From a virus (Duplodnaviria > Caudoviricetes): DNA of 64,000 bases. The notes beneath the pieces were generated by a model. It had not been told where the DNA came from. It did no database searches and saw nothing but the letters and a program-made list of their open reading frames with translations. The position numbers were made by a program, and so were the translations under genes. Every line of letters starts with the position of its first letter. Within the stretch, counting starts at the first letter, position 1. The DNA is taken from positions 64,001-128,000 of IMG/VR virus record IMGVR_UViG_3300010162_000393. The stretch is one strand, 5' to 3'. Below, in pieces: positions 60,801 to 64,000 of this stretch.

Positions 60801-62065
60801 ATGCGCGGAAAAAACAAAACGTTAGAAGAGGTTATTAAAATAGCAAAAGAAATTCATGGAGACAAATATGATTATTCGATTACCGAGTATAAAGGTTCTA
60901 AAAAAAACATGTCTATAATTTGTAAAAAACACGGATGTTTTGAACAAAGAGCGTCTTCTCATTTAAAAGGAAATGGTTGTCCACAGTGTGGTGGATAGAT
61001 GAGTGGATTGAAAAGGCAAAAACTATACATGGTAATAAATATGATTATTCTATTGTTGATTATAACGGTTCTTATCAAAATGTTTCTATAATTTGTTCGA
61101 TTCACGGTGTTTTTACTCAAAAAGCATATAAACATTTATCTGGGCGCGGATGTCAAAAATGTGTTAATAAGTATCGACCAACAACAGATGAGTGGGTTGA
61201 AAGAGCAAAAAACGTACATGGTGATAAATATGATTATTCAAAAACTATTTATGTTAATGCTAGAAAAAAAGTTCTTATAATTTGTTCTGAACACGGAGAA
61301 TTTTGGCAAACCCCATATGATCATTTAAATGGATGTGGGTGCTTGAGTTGTAGTGGGAAAAATATGTTAACAATAGATGAATTTATAAAAATCGCAAATA
61401 AAACACATGGTTGTAAATATGATTATTCAAATGTAAAATATAATAATTCTCAACAAAAGGTGTCTATTATTTGTCCAAAACATGGGGAATTTTTACAAAT
61501 ACCTGTTCATCATTTAAGAGGTAGTGGTTGCCCAAAATGTGCTGGTAAAAATTTAACAACAGAAGAATGGGTTGTAAAAGTAAAAGATGTTCATAAAAAT
61601 AAATATGATTATTCAAAAACAAAATATGTTAATGTTAAAACTAAAATTTGTATTGTTTGTTCAAAACATGGGGAATTTTGGAAAACACCTAGTGAACATT
61701 TATCAGGGCAAGGTTGTCCAAATTGTAACTCTTCAAAAATGGAAAATATTGTTGTTAGATTTTTGGAAACACGCGGTGTTTTACATGAGAGAAGATATAG
61801 AGGGTTTGAGTGGTTAAAAAATGAGAAAAAACTCGAATTAGATTTTTATTTACCAGAACACAATATTGCGATTGAATGTCAAGGGGTACAACATTTTAAA
61901 CCGATTGATTGTTGGGGTGGTGATAAATCTTTAGATTATATTCAAAAAAACGATAAATTAAAAAAACGCTTGTGTGATGATTATAATATCCCTCTTTACT
62001 ACATAAATTACAACGACAATATCGAAGAAAAGTTAAATGATATTTTTACTAATATTTTAAAATAA
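60801..62065 (+). pseudogene. Repeat-rich (DUF723-like) PD-(D/E)XK homing endonuclease, frameshifted after the first repeat
   Basis: 5x HG.KYDYS..Y....IIC..HG.F...HL.G.GC..C; ELDFY...IECQG.QH; frame break at about 60996. Confidence 0.7.
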
Positions 62066-62091
62066 AAAAACCCCAAGTTTAAAACTTGGGG
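62063..62091. terminator. Intrinsic terminator (strong T-tract on the - strand)
   Basis: CCCCAAGTT-taa-AACTTGGGG with an adjacent A7 run on the + strand. Confidence 0.8.
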
Positions 62092-62109
62092 ATAAAGAAT
62101 TACTTGAAA

Positions 62110-62370
62110 AAAAGACTTGCGGTCGCGATAAGTATGAGTGCGATTCTTTCCGCTTTAAAAATTTCTTTCACTCTTTTTTGCGAGTCGGGGAAGTCCCCAA
62201 CGAACATTGTTGGTAAGAGGAACTTACATTTAGTCTTTTAAAAAACAAGCGGTTTGTAAGCGAATATTAACCATTATCAATGTAGGAACAAAACTATGCT
62301 TGTTTATCGGTAAAAAGCGGTAACTACAAACTCGTTCATGTAACGTGGATAGGAAGTTACTTTGCTTTTT
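62110..62370 (-). ncRNA. Array of three related structured RNA-like units
   Basis: Each unit: terminal stem, A(A/T)A bulge, second stem, TTCCT, variable loop, CCGC, closing stem; promoter-like CGTATATTTA at 62377-62386 and a terminator downstream. Confidence 0.55.
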
Positions 62371-62388
62371 ATATTATAAATATACGAT

Positions 62389-63999
62389 TTATTCAAATAA
62401 TTTCAAAATATCATCTTTGGATAATATTTTATCTTTTGAATAGGTCATATTTACATTTGCTTTTTTAAGAACATCGTCAATGGTAAGATAATGTTCATGT
62501 GATGAAGTGAATATATCTAATATTATTCCATTGATATTATCAATACTTGAAACACGTTTTTTTGACGACTGCATATTTGCAAACACAAATTTGTTTTCAA
62601 AAAATGTTCCGATTATTTTTTCACCTTCAATAATATCATCATATTGATATATGATGTTATCCGGGTTTACCATATAATTTTTGAAACCTATTATTGTTTT
62701 TACATTTTCTTTTGCGAAGAAAACCTTATATTTTGCTTTCCCTTCTGTTGGAAAATCAGATGTTTCGCGTTTTTCTCTAACAAAACAATATGGATTAACC
62801 CTAACACTACCTACTGTTTGTGCTAAATTACTTTTTTTGTAAAGTAGTTCGCTTGCGCCATTTGGGGCGGTAGTCATATCACCGGAATATATAAATGTTT
62901 TTTCCTCATTATAATAACATGTATTCCATCCTATTTTCATTCCGGATTTATCTATGTATGATAAATCAAGATCTCGTGCACCATCCTTTTCATGCCAATA
63001 TATTCCAATAATTGTGTCTTCAAAATCCAAATCAACCCATGAATATAAAGGAATTTCACCCATAAACGATTTTTCGGAAGTTGGACAAACGAGATTTATA
63101 TTTAACGGTAACTCAACAACATTTGTTCCAACGTTGTCTTTTACTTTTTTCACAATATGACCTATCAATGTGTTTTTTAGAGAAATTAGTCTATGTACGG
63201 TTTTAGGTGTTATTTCCGATTTATTACTATTATCTTTCACAAACATTTTTCCATTTCTAACAAAATATATGTTGTGTTTCAATGTGCTATTCAATTTAAT
63301 GTTAATCAAATTGTATAACGATATCATTTTATATGTTGTTAGATTTTCAATAGAATTATTTATTGATTCAAATATAAATTCATCCAAAGAACTATCCGGA
63401 GAATTTATTACTGAAATAACCTTTGTCCAAAACGGTGCATTGAATGGAGTATGATTTGTTCTTGCCATTCTTCTGATTTTGTTTATCTTGTATTGATTTT
63501 GTTTCTTCAATGCAAGGAACAATGGTTTGAATCTGAAAAATATTTGAGAAAATCTTTCAAGTAGAATATTAGGAATAATAACATTACTGTTTTTCAAGGT
63601 TTCAATTGTTTTTTTGTCTTTGATTAACATTGTTTTTCCAGTTACTTGATAGATAAAACACCTTAATGCGCTTTCAGGATTGGTTGGATATATACCCATA
63701 TTAACCGCTATGATTGCTTGCGCTTCCCTGTTTTTTACCTTGTCAATATCAACACAGTCGCCAAGAACATCTAAAATGTTTTCAATAGTGGTTTGTTTCA
63801 ACGCCACACCAGAATATAACATGTTCTGGCAGCGCGTTATTGCTTCATCAAAAGGAATACCTTTGATAAATTTTACATTCATTGATTTCAAGTCAATCGG
63901 AGTGTTATTTACAATAAATGGTTGTTCCAACTCTAATGTGTACGAAGTAAAATAATGGAGAATTTGATCCATAAACAATTCAAAACGTGTTCGAGAAGT
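62389..63999 (-). CDS. Large helical protein with a TerD-like C-terminal domain (possibly TROVE/Ro-like), 5'-partial
   Basis: DQILHYF, IF.RFKPLFLALK, IN.IRR.A...H, GIYW, DLDLS, IGWN, YSGDMTTAPNGASE; frame open to the window end. Confidence 0.6.
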   Translation of the reverse strand, partial: TSRTRFELFMDQILHYFTSYTLELEQPFIVNNTPIDLKSMNVKFIKGIPFDEAITRCQNMLYSGVALKQTTIENILDVLGDCVDIDKVKNREAQAIIAVNMGIYPTNPESALRCFIYQVTGKTMLIKDKKTIETLKNSNVIIPNILLERFSQIFFRFKPLFLALKKQNQYKINKIRRMARTNHTPFNAPFWTKVISVINSPDSSLDEFIFESINNSIENLTTYKMISLYNLINIKLNSTLKHNIYFVRNGKMFVKDNSNKSEITPKTVHRLISLKNTLIGHIVKKVKDNVGTNVVELPLNINLVCPTSEKSFMGEIPLYSWVDLDFEDTIIGIYWHEKDGARDLDLSYIDKSGMKIGWNTCYYNEEKTFIYSGDMTTAPNGASELLYKKSNLAQTVGSVRVNPYCFVREKRETSDFPTEGKAKYKVFFAKENVKTIIGFKNYMVNPDNIIYQYDDIIEGEKIIGTFFENKFVFANMQSSKKRVSSIDNINGIILDIFTSSHEHYLTIDDVLKKANVNMTYSKDKILSKDDILKLFE

Positions 64000-64000
64000 T

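Noticed and set aside
62110-62370. CRISPR array or tRNAs
   Set aside because: No identical direct repeats with regular spacers and no cloverleaf/TTC arm; similarity between units is structural.
1030-63955. Many short antisense or overlapping ORFs in the track (e.g. 1417-1851, 40704-41252, 42485-43150, 55264-55707)
   Set aside because: Shadows of well-supported genes, with no motifs or promoters.
1-64000. Stop-codon recoding (TAG/TGA) as in some gut megaphages
   Set aside because: Long genes are intact under code 11 and TAG/TGA serve as real stops; the only break (60996) is a frameshift.

Overview
AT-rich (~30% GC) segment of a large myovirus-type (T4-superfamily-like) jumbo phage, probably infecting a Bacteroidota host (inferred from TAnnTTT-type promoter motifs, a BspA-type LRR protein and a bacterial-type dihydroorotase). 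Standard genetic code. Virion genes (gp23-like major capsid, scaffold, gp18-like sheath, neck/tail-completion-like, fibre/baseplate-like and putative internal head proteins) are scattered as single genes or pairs, mostly on the + strand, and almost all follow a CTATTTAT motif. Between them lie - strand blocks of DNA/nucleotide-metabolism and accessory genes (dUTPase, dNMP kinase, PyrC, four DNA MTases, SSB, SNF2 helicase, RuvC-like, exonucleases, thioredoxin, FKBP, AAA+/M41 protease, RNA-repair-like enzymes) and homing-endonuclease-like genes. Best leads: (1) a transposase-less tnpB element bounded by 25-bp terminal inverted repeats and a perfect 10-bp target-site duplication, i.e. DDE-type ends rather than IS200/IS605 ends, with an apparently internal fixed guide; (2) an array of three related stem-bulge-stem RNA-like units with its own promoter-like motif and terminator, downstream of a large TerD-like-domain protein (candidate Ro60/Y-RNA-like RNP); (3) a candidate ~70-nt late small RNA. 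No tRNA, rRNA or CRISPR array was recognised.
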